The notes under the pieces are model-generated. The model had not been told where the DNA came from and searched no databases. It worked only from the letters and a program-made list of their open reading frames with translations. Made by a program: the position numbers and the translations under genes. Below are positions 19,351 to 28,679 of a stretch of DNA of 64,000 bases, piece after piece; within the stretch, counting starts at the first letter, position 1; each line of letters starts with the position of its first letter. The DNA is from an uncultured Gammaproteobacteria bacterium (GTDB lineage: Bacteria; Patescibacteriota; Patescibacteriia; Magasanikbacterales; GWA2-37-8), in assembly GCA_964496095.1 (NCBI GenBank), contig CAZBWU010000002.1, positions 15,595 to 79,594 on the forward strand. The letters run 5' to 3'.

Positions 19351-19449
19351 ATGAAACATAAAACCATAAAAAGAATCTGGATTGTAATTTCTTTCATTGC
19401 TATTCTGGCGATGCTAGTTTTTTCTTTCCTACCCGCACTACAATACTAA
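19351..19449 (+). CDS. Small single-TM protein, 32 aa (DUF4044-like)
   Basis: MKHKTIKRIWIVISFIAILAMLVFSFLPALQY; below the ORF-track cutoff. Confidence 0.6.
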   Translation: MKHKTIKRIWIVISFIAILAMLVFSFLPALQY

Positions 19450-19460
19450 TTTTTAACAAA

Positions 19461-19538
19461 TGTCATTCTGAGCAAAGCGAATAATCCCTGTCCAACGAAA
19501 CAACCGGACAGAGATCCTTCACTGCGTTCAGGATGACA
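19461..19538. repeat. TGTCA...TGACA element, copy 5
   Basis: tgtcattctgagcaaagcgaataatccctgtcc...ccggacagagatccttcactgcgttcaggatgaca. Confidence 0.9.
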
Positions 19539-19543
19539 AATAT

Positions 19544-19945
19544 ATGTTAATTCTTCGTAAATACCAGCTAGATATCGTTTTTCTTTTTTTTGCCCTGCTT
19601 CTATTTATCGGCTTAGTTTTTTATTATCTAGGGCAAATGGGTGTAGACCCACACCAGTTTGAATGGTATGTGGCTGGGCCGCTAATTGTTTTATACTTTG
19701 CCTATATTTGGGAAATAAGAAATAAAATTAGCCTTGCCGACAGGAGGAGCCTGACAAGCAAAACTCTAGTCTATTGGATCATCTTTGGTATAATTCTTTT
19801 CATAAACTTTCAAACACCTCTAGCAGGCAAAGAATACCTAAGTATGTATGTGCTATTTATCATTTTTTCAATACTGCTGGCTGATTCATATTGGGATTTC
19901 AAAAAAATTAATTTAAAAAGTTTTTGGGATAAAAAAGAAAGATAA
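19544..19945 (+). CDS. Hypothetical membrane protein, about 4 TM
   Basis: Hydrophobic ORF immediately upstream of recJ. Confidence 0.75.
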   Translation: MLILRKYQLDIVFLFFALLLFIGLVFYYLGQMGVDPHQFEWYVAGPLIVLYFAYIWEIRNKISLADRRSLTSKTLVYWIIFGIILFINFQTPLAGKEYLSMYVLFIIFSILLADSYWDFKKINLKSFWDKKER

Positions 19946-19955
19946 ACTATAATCT

Positions 19956-21734
19956 ATGTTAAAAAGATGGAACATCCTCCCGCCACCTCCGGAAGAATTT
20001 ATAAACTCTCGCCCAGAACTACCAAGTATCATCACTCGCCTACTCTGGAACCGCAACCTACGCGATCAACAAAAAATAGACGAATTTCTCAACCCTGATT
20101 ATTCTCAAGATATTCATGATCCTTTTATATTTCAGGACATGGAAAAAGCGACTGATATTATTTTTGCGGCTATTGCTGAACAAAAAAATATTGTCGTCCA
20201 TGGCGACTATGATGCCGATGGTGTTTGCGCCTCAGCTATAATTATCGGCTGTTTAAAAAAATTGGGAGCCGAACATGTATCTGTCTTTATCCCTCATCGT
20301 GAAATAGATGGCTATGGATTAAACTTAAAAACAGTAGAGCTACTTCATAGCCAAGGAACAAACCTGATTATTACTTGTGATTGCGGTATTAGCAATTATA
20401 ACGAAGTCGTCTTAGCCAAAGAAAAGGGCATGCAAGTAATTATTACCGACCACCATGTGGTGCCAAGTCAAAAACCACCGGCCGACGCTATCATTCACCC
20501 CCTTGTACCTGGCGAACCTTACCCTGACAAAGGACTCTGTGGCGCAGCTGTCGGATTTAAACTAGTCCAGGCTTTGATCAAAAAATACGCCCGCACCAAC
20601 GCTGTACTGCCAGACGGACAGACCTTTGAAGGTTTTGAAAAATGGATGCTTGATCTAGTAGCAATTGCGTCTATTGGTGATATGGTGCCTCTCCTTGGAG
20701 AATCCCGCACTCTGACCAGATACGGACTAACAGTAATCAATAAAACAAAAAATATTGGCTTAAAAAAATTGTTAATAATGTCTGGCGTTGCTGATGAAAA
20801 TGGCAATCCAAAACGTGGAGCTTACGATGCCTACACAATGAGTTTCCAGGTCATCCCTCGTATCAATGCTGCGGGGCGCATGGATCACGCCAACTTCGCT
20901 TTTGCCTTACTTATGGCAACCGATGAGACTGAGGCCGAAAACTTAGCCTTACAACTCAACAAAAATAATTCTGATAGACAAAAACTGACCGAACAATATG
21001 TCAGCGAAGCTAGAAAACAAATCAAAGAAACCAAGCAAACAGAAAATCCCGTCTTGTTTGTGGTTGGCAAAGGTTGGCCAACTGGTATCCTCGGACTTAT
21101 CTCTGGAAAAATCAAAGATGATTATTACCGACCTTCGATTGTAATGGGTGAAGGTGAAGAAATTACCGGCTCTGGCCGTAGTATTAAAGAGTTTAACCTC
21201 ATCAGAGCGCTTCAAGAAATGCCTGAAGTATTTACAAAATTTGGCGGTCATCCCCAAGCTTGTGGCTTTACTTTAAGAAACAAAGAAACTCTAGAAGAGT
21301 TTAAAACTAAACTAACTGAAAAAGCGAGAGCTCAAACCACGAACGTAGACATGACACCACAAATAAATATTGATGCCGAGATTGATCTTGATGAAGTAAA
21401 CTGGAAACTATACGACTTGTTAGAAAAATTTGAGCCATTTGGCCAATGCAACGAAGAACCAAAATATGTGGCGCGAGGCGTCACAATGATAAATATAGAC
21501 CCAGTAGGACAGGACGGCAAACATTTACGCATCACTGTCAAACACAATTCTCATCTCGTGAAAAAAACTATCGGCTTTGGCCTTGGCGATAAAAAACGTT
21601 TTTCAGAAGACTGGAAGGAAAACTTAAAACCAGGAGACAAAATTGATATGGTATTTTCTATCAGCGTCAACCAGTGGAATGGGAATCGGGAATTACAACT
21701 GACTATTGAGGATATACAAAAATCCCCCGTGTAA
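19956..21734 (+). CDS. recJ: Single-stranded DNA exonuclease RecJ
   Basis: HGDYDADG, TCDCG, ITDHH, PRINAAGR, GSGRS, FGGHPQACG. Confidence 0.97.
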   Translation: MLKRWNILPPPPEEFINSRPELPSIITRLLWNRNLRDQQKIDEFLNPDYSQDIHDPFIFQDMEKATDIIFAAIAEQKNIVVHGDYDADGVCASAIIIGCLKKLGAEHVSVFIPHREIDGYGLNLKTVELLHSQGTNLIITCDCGISNYNEVVLAKEKGMQVIITDHHVVPSQKPPADAIIHPLVPGEPYPDKGLCGAAVGFKLVQALIKKYARTNAVLPDGQTFEGFEKWMLDLVAIASIGDMVPLLGESRTLTRYGLTVINKTKNIGLKKLLIMSGVADENGNPKRGAYDAYTMSFQVIPRINAAGRMDHANFAFALLMATDETEAENLALQLNKNNSDRQKLTEQYVSEARKQIKETKQTENPVLFVVGKGWPTGILGLISGKIKDDYYRPSIVMGEGEEITGSGRSIKEFNLIRALQEMPEVFTKFGGHPQACGFTLRNKETLEEFKTKLTEKARAQTTNVDMTPQINIDAEIDLDEVNWKLYDLLEKFEPFGQCNEEPKYVARGVTMINIDPVGQDGKHLRITVKHNSHLVKKTIGFGLGDKKRFSEDWKENLKPGDKIDMVFSISVNQWNGNRELQLTIEDIQKSPV

Positions 21735-21748
21735 GCGGAGGATTTTTT
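21718..21748. terminator. Probable bidirectional terminator
   Basis: aaaaatcccccg...cggaggattttt at a convergent junction. Confidence 0.6.
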
Positions 21749-21762
21749 AGTTTGAATTTGAA

Positions 21763-22071
21763 TTACTTCTTAATCTCTTTTTCCAACTCCTTCCATCTCT
21801 TCTTCAACTCTCTCACCAGCTGATTTTTCATCTCTACTGCCATATCTTTTTTGGCAGCATATTCTTCTACCGCTCTCTCAACTAGCGCGTCATACATTTC
21901 TTTTGTCGGACCATCCAATTTTTTTAGACTTTCTTTTAGTTGCGCAAAAAGGTCGTTAGCTTGCCCCATCATTTTTTCTCTCATTTCTTTACCTTTAGGG
22001 GTAGCGTTGAGCCACATAAGCGCCGCACCGACTAACCCTCCTAAAAAAAGTCCTTTATTAAAACGTCCCAT
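21763..22071 (-). CDS. YtxH-like protein
   Basis: GLFLGGLVGAALMWLNATPKGKEMREK. Confidence 0.8.
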   Translation of the reverse strand: MGRFNKGLFLGGLVGAALMWLNATPKGKEMREKMMGQANDLFAQLKESLKKLDGPTKEMYDALVERAVEEYAAKKDMAVEMKNQLVRELKKRWKELEKEIKK

Positions 22072-22090
22072 ACAAATATAAGTTAATAAC

Positions 22091-22699
22091 TTAACTGACT
22101 AGAGTATTATATACCAAAGCGGTCTTAGCCGCAACCACTTCCAAATCATTCCACTCAGAATCCACCCAGTCGCCTTCCAGTTTTATTTCATCAATAACAG
22201 CCAGCTCCTTATCTTTGCCAATGTATCTTGAACCTCTAAAACTCGCAATCTCCTCCAAATTTTGACAAACCACAATATCGGCCACCTTAAATAATTTTGG
22301 GAGATAATAATGATTGTATAGTTTTATAAAAAGACTAAAAGAGTCTGTCCAAACCACATCTCGATGATAAGTAATGACAAGCGGAGTTTTTGGAGTAGAT
22401 TTTTTCCAATTTAAAATCTGACGAGAGGCTCCCAACAACGGACAATGCAGATGCACAATATCAAAGTCAGCCAGGCTATCCACCAAACCATTGGCGCCAG
22501 TGCTACTTATATAATTATGAACCGAAGGCGAATCTGATTTGATTTGATCTTTGATGGTTTTTGTTGGCCCGCCATATTGCAGAGTGAAAGCTTCGGTTTC
22601 TATTCCCATTTTATAAAGACCTTCAATCAATTTAAAAACTTCTGATCTAATATCATCAAAATACTCAAAAGCCGATGGGATAATATGTATGACACGCAT
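22091..22699 (-). CDS. Glycosyltransferase family 4 N-terminal domain-only protein
   Basis: MRVIHI, FDIVHLHCP, VITYH resemble the neighbouring GT4; the C-terminal donor-binding domain is absent. Confidence 0.7.
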   Translation of the reverse strand: MRVIHIIPSAFEYFDDIRSEVFKLIEGLYKMGIETEAFTLQYGGPTKTIKDQIKSDSPSVHNYISSTGANGLVDSLADFDIVHLHCPLLGASRQILNWKKSTPKTPLVITYHRDVVWTDSFSLFIKLYNHYYLPKLFKVADIVVCQNLEEIASFRGSRYIGKDKELAVIDEIKLEGDWVDSEWNDLEVVAAKTALVYNTLVS

Positions 22700-22821
22700 A
22701 ACTAACTTGAAATAAATTTATAATGATTTTTGCAGCGGCAATCACCAACCCCTTCAGGGGTGGTCGTCCGCCTAAGCGAACGACCACTTTGCCACAAGAA
22801 AATTATTATAAATTTATAATT

Positions 22822-23643
22822 TTACTTTTTAACAACCACCAAATGCACATTTGGCGAAGGAATTATAGAAAAAACAATAGACTCTGTCGCTACCAAACTA
22901 TTAACTACATCCTTAAGCAACTTGAAAGCTCCCCCACCCTTCTTATCCAAATCATAAAAAAACTGCTCGTTGTTTACTTGTTCCAAATTGTTTTTCTTCG
23001 CGAATTTACTCATAGAAAAAAACGAGGCAATGCCTAATAACTGCCCCAAAACATGCTCACTATATCTAATTCTATCTTTGGTAAAACCAAAAGATTCAAC
23101 TAATTTTAATAATTCTTTCCGGCTAAATCGATTGATATGTCCGGCATATTTTTTGGTCAGATCCGTACCGATATCAAACTTTCGCAAAAAATTCCAAAAA
23201 GATAAAGAGTCGCCTTCACAAGGTACAAAAGAATAGAACCGACCACCAACTTTCAAAATTCTTTGCACTTCAGATATAATCGACCCCGGGTCTGTCACAT
23301 GCTCCAAAACATCATAGATTAACACCGCATCAAAAGCATTGTCTTCATAAGGAGCCATCTTCTCTTCACTCAAACCATAAATCACACCGTCGTTGCTTTT
23401 TTTGGCAAAATTTATAGCGTGCTGGCTAATATCACAGCCATAACAATTTAAGTCCGGTCTGATTCTTTTTATCTCTCTAATAAATTGTCCGGCACCACTA
23501 CCAAGCTCCAAAACCTTGGCTCCGGCTGGCAACCCAGATAAAGCTTGCAAACTTTGACGTAGCCGAAAACTAGTCGGCGAACTCAATCTCAAACTAGCGT
23601 CACCATAACCCCAGATGGACTTCTCGTAATCAAATTCGCTCAT
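22822..23643 (-). CDS. Class I SAM-dependent methyltransferase
   Basis: VLELGSGAG, GCDIS, FDAVLIYDVLEHV. Confidence 0.92.
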   Translation of the reverse strand: MSEFDYEKSIWGYGDASLRLSSPTSFRLRQSLQALSGLPAGAKVLELGSGAGQFIREIKRIRPDLNCYGCDISQHAINFAKKSNDGVIYGLSEEKMAPYEDNAFDAVLIYDVLEHVTDPGSIISEVQRILKVGGRFYSFVPCEGDSLSFWNFLRKFDIGTDLTKKYAGHINRFSRKELLKLVESFGFTKDRIRYSEHVLGQLLGIASFFSMSKFAKKNNLEQVNNEQFFYDLDKKGGGAFKLLKDVVNSLVATESIVFSIIPSPNVHLVVVKK

Positions 23644-23672
23644 ATAATAAACTAATAATTAGCAATAAACAA

Positions 23673-24791
23673 CTAACAATCGACGATTTTTTTATAAACA
23701 TTTTCAAGCTTATCAATATGACCCTGCCAAGAAAATTCTTTTTTGACTTTTTCAATTTGCAAATCCCCAATTATTTTTTTCTCAGCAACTGAAAGTGATA
23801 AAACTTTTTTCAAAGCCTCGGCCGAGCTTTCTACAGACCCTCTCTCAAAAAAAACTACCCCTTCTACTTTATTTTTAAATACTGCTAAATTGCTTACAAC
23901 TATTGGTTTACCACAAGCCATAGCTTCTACCGCCACCAGTGAAAAAGATTCATAATCAGAAGGCACAGCCACACAACTAGCAACATTATAATACTGAGCC
24001 AATTTTAGCTTATCCTGACAAGAGCCCACAAAAATTACTTGCTTATCAACACCCAAATCTTTTGCAAGCTTCTGACAATTTTGGCTGTCATATCCCCCAC
24101 CGACAACTAGTAAAACCAAGTCTTTGTCATCTAGTAATTTCAGAGACCTGATAAGCAAATCCAGTCTTTTGAGTGGTAAAATATTACCAACAAATAAAAT
24201 TATTTTTTTATCTTGTAAACCCACCAAATCCAACTTTACTAGATCTACCAATTGTGGTTTAAAAATATCCAGATCAACACCATTATTTATTTCCACAATT
24301 TTATCCTTTGTAATATTTTGCAAAAGTTTGGAACCACGAAATGACGGGTCGACCAAAACAATCTTTCTGGCTTTGGTAAAAATTAATTTTGGCCAAATTA
24401 AATCATAAACTTTTTGAAACACCAATTTTAAACCTCTGGACTGCGCATCCATATGATAAGTTACAACCATTGGAATCTCTAAAAAAACTAACCATTCGGC
24501 CCCACCATAAAAGGGATAATGTAAATGAACTAAGTCAAAATTATTTTTTAACTTGCCCAAAATTTGTGGCACTAGACCCGCGTCCCCCATTTTTACCAAT
24601 GCTTTCAACCTAACTACCTTAAACGGGAACTGTGCGTCGTGTTCTTTATAATCACCTACATCGGGATAAGCTAAAGTAAAAACCGTAACTTCGTGTCCAC
24701 GTTTAGCAAGAGACATTGCTTCGTCGGCGCATACCGAGCCCATACCGCCAATCTGCGGAGCAAAAGTGGAAACTATATGGGCAACACGCAT
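23673..24791 (-). CDS. Glycosyltransferase family 4
   Basis: NGVD, LFVG...KRLD, ESFSLVAVEAMACGKP. Confidence 0.95.
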   Translation of the reverse strand: MRVAHIVSTFAPQIGGMGSVCADEAMSLAKRGHEVTVFTLAYPDVGDYKEHDAQFPFKVVRLKALVKMGDAGLVPQILGKLKNNFDLVHLHYPFYGGAEWLVFLEIPMVVTYHMDAQSRGLKLVFQKVYDLIWPKLIFTKARKIVLVDPSFRGSKLLQNITKDKIVEINNGVDLDIFKPQLVDLVKLDLVGLQDKKIILFVGNILPLKRLDLLIRSLKLLDDKDLVLLVVGGGYDSQNCQKLAKDLGVDKQVIFVGSCQDKLKLAQYYNVASCVAVPSDYESFSLVAVEAMACGKPIVVSNLAVFKNKVEGVVFFERGSVESSAEALKKVLSLSVAEKKIIGDLQIEKVKKEFSWQGHIDKLENVYKKIVDC

Positions 24792-24792
24792 A

Positions 24793-25134
24793 CTATTTTA
24801 TTAAAGGCTTATCTTTTTCGTCCAAAGAAATTTTTCTAGTCAACTTGGTAATATCTCTATTCAACGTTTCAATTCTTACCATTAACTTAAAAATTATAAA
24901 AAATATAACTGCCAAAGCCACATAAACTACCAAATCAGCGCCACGAGTAATACCAACCATTTTTGCTAGAATAGATGTAGAATCCGGCAAAAGCACAACC
25001 AATATCGCTAACACCCAAAAAATAACCCAGCCTGCCATTCCCGCAGAACTCAAATCACCAGCCTGGAATCGACTAGCTACTTTAAACAAAGCAAATAAGA
25101 AAAAGATGACTAGCAATATTTGAATAAGAAACAT
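24793..25134 (-). CDS. DUF2304 membrane protein
   Basis: GITRGADLVVY...ITKLTRKISL, downstream of a GT2. Confidence 0.85.
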   Translation of the reverse strand: MFLIQILLVIFFLFALFKVASRFQAGDLSSAGMAGWVIFWVLAILVVLLPDSTSILAKMVGITRGADLVVYVALAVIFFIIFKLMVRIETLNRDITKLTRKISLDEKDKPLIK

Positions 25135-25140
25135 AAAATT

Positions 25141-25803
25141 CTATCTAAAAAATTTAGCTATAAAAATATCTTGTAAAACTTTTATTCCCCCGCTAACATT
25201 TTGTCCATACTCAAAATACTTTACTTCCACGGGATGCTCTACAAAAACTAAATTGTTTTCTTTTACTTGCCTAACAATTTCCGAATTGTGCGCCATGCGA
25301 TCTTGGGTAATATTTATTTTTTCCAAAGCTCGTCTGGATAAAATCCTAAAACCATTGTGCGCGTCGGTCAACTTAAGGCCGGTTAAAATCCTATTAATAA
25401 ACCGACTGATGGGCAAAAGAATATATCTTTTTGTCCAAGGAAGTTTTGATCTATTATCCAAAAACCTGGAACCAAAAACCACGTCAGCATTGTTTTTTTG
25501 CATCACCTCAATAGCCTCGGCAATATCACCAGGATTAAACTGCCCGTCAGCATCAAAATGGACAACCAAACTAGTATTTTTTAGCAAAGCGTACTCATTG
25601 CCAGTTTGTAGAGACGCGCCCTGGCCTCTATTTATCTCGTGACGTAAAACCACCGCGCCTGCCTCTTCAGCAATTTGCGCTGTACGATCTGTTGAACCAT
25701 CATCTACAACGACAATATTTTTATATCCTTTTTCAAAAAGGTCGCTTATGACGCGACCAATTTTTTTTTCTTCATTGTACGCTGGCACAATCACAAAAAT
25801 CAT
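25141..25803 (-). CDS. Glycosyltransferase family 2 (DPM1-like)
   Basis: IVPAYNE, VVDDGSTD, FDADGQ, GSRF, LTDAHNGFR. Confidence 0.95.
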   Translation of the reverse strand: MIFVIVPAYNEEKKIGRVISDLFEKGYKNIVVVDDGSTDRTAQIAEEAGAVVLRHEINRGQGASLQTGNEYALLKNTSLVVHFDADGQFNPGDIAEAIEVMQKNNADVVFGSRFLDNRSKLPWTKRYILLPISRFINRILTGLKLTDAHNGFRILSRRALEKINITQDRMAHNSEIVRQVKENNLVFVEHPVEVKYFEYGQNVSGGIKVLQDIFIAKFFR

Positions 25804-25810
25804 ATTCCTT

Positions 25811-26833
25811 CTAGAAACCCCTACCAAACATCAAAGCCTCCTTGTTGGCAATAGTATAATCAATCGTTTTTTCCAAACCGTCTTGCAGACGCACTAACGG
25901 CATCCAACCCAACACATCCTTGGCATAAGCCAGGTCTGGGGCGCCTTTTCTAGTGAGAAACAACAGTGGTTTCTCAAACACAATTTTTGAAGAAGAATTA
26001 GTAGCGGCAATAATAGTATTAGCCACATCAACAATTTTTATTACTTTATCATCACCCAAATTTACAATCTGCACATCAGGAGTGCTGGCCATTAGTCGGA
26101 CCATACCATCAACTAGATCTGTAATATAGCAAAGAGATGTAGAAGAAGATTCATCTCCATTTATTACCAAATCTTTACCCATAAGCGAGTTTACAATAAA
26201 ATCAGGAATCATCTGACCTTCAAATAATTTCATGTGCGGACCGTAAGTAGTGAACACTCTCGCAATTTTGGCATCAATACCATAGACCTGACGATAAGTA
26301 GCCACACAAGTCTCGGCAAAACGTTTGCCCTCATCATAACAAGCGCGTGGTGACAAATGATCAACCAGACCCTGGTCACTTTCTTTAAAAACATATTTTT
26401 GATCTGTAGCATTACCATAGACTACCGAGCTTGATGTAAAAACATACTTAGCGTGATACTTAACTGCCAAATCCAAAGTGCTAATCATTGAAGAAGAATT
26501 CGCCCATAAAGATTTCATTTTTAATTTTTCAAAATCATTTGGGCTAGTCGGACAAGCCAAATGATAGATCTCTTGAATACCTTGAAATTTAACTTTAAAC
26601 TTATCTAATTCTTCAAATTTATCCAAATCAATCATTTGATTACTATCGCATTTGATAAACTCAAAATCAGGATATTGCAATAAGTGATTTATATTAGACG
26701 GCGAAGAATTGGAAAAGTCATCAAGACATATTACTTTAGCTTCTTTGAGTAATCGCTCACAAAGATGAGAGCCAATAAACCCAGCGCCACCGGTAACAAG
26801 GACGTTCTTTTTCTCAAAAATTAGAGTATCCAT
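25811..26833 (-). CDS. NAD-dependent epimerase/dehydratase (UDP-glucuronate decarboxylase-like)
   Basis: VTGGAGFIGSH, YHLACPTSP, YDEGKRFAE. Confidence 0.92.
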   Translation of the reverse strand: MDTLIFEKKNVLVTGGAGFIGSHLCERLLKEAKVICLDDFSNSSPSNINHLLQYPDFEFIKCDSNQMIDLDKFEELDKFKVKFQGIQEIYHLACPTSPNDFEKLKMKSLWANSSSMISTLDLAVKYHAKYVFTSSSVVYGNATDQKYVFKESDQGLVDHLSPRACYDEGKRFAETCVATYRQVYGIDAKIARVFTTYGPHMKLFEGQMIPDFIVNSLMGKDLVINGDESSSTSLCYITDLVDGMVRLMASTPDVQIVNLGDDKVIKIVDVANTIIAATNSSSKIVFEKPLLFLTRKGAPDLAYAKDVLGWMPLVRLQDGLEKTIDYTIANKEALMFGRGF

Positions 26834-26955
26834 ATGACGTAAATCCTAATTTCTAAAACCTTAAATACTAAAATTAAACACTAAAATTACAGTTGTAATT
26901 ATAGCATTTGCTATACTAATTGACAACATGATGCCTTCTCTAATATGCTAAACTT

Positions 26956-27126
26956 GGTGGCGTGCATCCCCGAAGAGACTTGGAAGCAAGCCTGGAGATT
27001 GGATAGTCCAATCTCTGTGGTACAGAAAACCCATTCTCAATGGACTCAAATGCATCAGATCCCAAAGGGAGAAATGCCGAGAGTTCGAGAGTGAGCACGC
27101 TGTACCCTTTAGGGCACTCGCCACCA
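26956..27126 (+). ncRNA. Structured 171-nt ncRNA, candidate divergent SRP RNA
   Basis: TTGACA(26920)/TATGCT(26944) promoter; ends GGTGGCG/CGCCACC pair; nested helices; SRP helix-8-like stem-loop at 27052-27077. Confidence 0.6.
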
Positions 27127-27130
27127 CTTA

Positions 27131-28654
27131 CTATTCAACCTTCCAACTTCCGCTAGAGATATCAATAATAACTTTTTGAGAAGTCTTACCTTTTTTACCG
27201 ATTATTATCGGGTTTGCTCCTTGACCCCAGAGATATTCAATTTTTACACTCGCTATTCCACTAAACCCAGGCAAAACTAAATTTGATAATTTTTTCACTC
27301 CCGACAAATCCCAAGCATCGACAATTATTCTATTTTTACCAATACGAGCATGAACAAATAATCCGTCCTTAAAAAACCATTTTGAGGACTTAGGGAAATA
27401 ATCAACTAGATTTATACTTCGTGCTACTTGCCCATCTGCCAAAATCTGCGCTACATAATTTTTGGGATTCTTGATAATTTTGACTGTATAAACTACTGCA
27501 GGAGGCGGAGGGGTATTTTTTACTTCCAGCGCTCTAAGCACCGCTTTGCCAATATTTAAACGTCCATACCCCATCTGTCCGGCAAAACCAGGATTGAGCG
27601 AATCTACATCATCTGCTGTTTTGAGCAAAACATCAGTTATTTCTTTAGGACCCCAATTTGGTTGAATAGATTTTATTAAGGCTGCAGATCCAGCCACCAT
27701 TGGCGCCGAAAAAGAGGTCCCGTACCAAGCTCCCCCAAAATCTTTGCCATAACCATCTGATGGAGAATATTTTTGCGTACTGAAGAAAGCTTCTCCAGGA
27801 GCGGAAATATCCACACAACTGCCATAATCGGCAAAATCACTTAAGTGATCATCCTTATCAACTGAAGCTACTCCCAAAACCCAATTATCAGAAGAGTCTG
27901 AATCAAGACAAATTGGATATTGTTTTATTTTTGTTAAATTTTCATTACCTGTTGTGTCGTTACGACTATTGCCAGCAGCTACTACTACCAGCACACCCTT
28001 TTTATAAGCATTATAGAGCGCGTCAGTCAAATCGATATCTTTGTTCTGACCAACAAAACTAAGACTAATAATATTAGCTCCATTATTTACTGCATAATTT
28101 ACCGCTTTGGCTACATTACCCAGCGAACCTGCACCATCACTACTAAGCGCACGCAAAGGCATAATTTTGACATGCCAGTTGAGCCCCGTGCCATTCAAAC
28201 CGTTGTTCCCTTCTTCACCAATAACACCGGCCAAGACAGTACCATGGTTAACTGCCCCCGAATCGTCAGATTGCAAAATTGCAGGAATATTTACCGAGTT
28301 ATTATTTTCCACAAAATTCCAACCACGAGTATCATCTATAAAACCATTGTTATCATCATCAATATTATTTCCTCCTATTTCTCTTGGATTTTGCCAAATA
28401 TTATTTGTTAAATCATTATTGAAAATATCTACACCAGTATCAATAACCGCCACCACCACATTACTACTGCCAGTGGTATGTTCCCAAGCTAAAGGCGCTC
28501 CAATTTGGGTATAATAGGGCTCTTGAAAACTAAATTTTGGGTCATTTGGTATCTTGGCACTAGTAGAATTAGCCAAAAAAACTGAACAAAAAAATAAAAC
28601 GGCCAAAGGCTTAACTATTGATTTTTTTCCTAATTTAAAGTAATATCTAAACAT
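27131..28654 (-). CDS. Secreted subtilisin-like S8 peptidase
   Basis: VAVIDTG, HGTVLAG, AAGN, GTSFSAPMVAG; signal peptide. Confidence 0.95.
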   Translation of the reverse strand: MFRYYFKLGKKSIVKPLAVLFFCSVFLANSTSAKIPNDPKFSFQEPYYTQIGAPLAWEHTTGSSNVVVAVIDTGVDIFNNDLTNNIWQNPREIGGNNIDDDNNGFIDDTRGWNFVENNNSVNIPAILQSDDSGAVNHGTVLAGVIGEEGNNGLNGTGLNWHVKIMPLRALSSDGAGSLGNVAKAVNYAVNNGANIISLSFVGQNKDIDLTDALYNAYKKGVLVVVAAGNSRNDTTGNENLTKIKQYPICLDSDSSDNWVLGVASVDKDDHLSDFADYGSCVDISAPGEAFFSTQKYSPSDGYGKDFGGAWYGTSFSAPMVAGSAALIKSIQPNWGPKEITDVLLKTADDVDSLNPGFAGQMGYGRLNIGKAVLRALEVKNTPPPPAVVYTVKIIKNPKNYVAQILADGQVARSINLVDYFPKSSKWFFKDGLFVHARIGKNRIIVDAWDLSGVKKLSNLVLPGFSGIASVKIEYLWGQGANPIIIGKKGKTSQKVIIDISSGSWKVE

Positions 28655-28679
28655 AATACCGTTTATTATATCATACTTT

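Noticed and set aside
26956-27126. tRNA, tmRNA or RNase P identity for the structured RNA
   Set aside because: There is no T arm at the correct distance from the 3' end, no tmRNA terminal consensus and no RNase P GAGGAAAGTCC motif on either strand.
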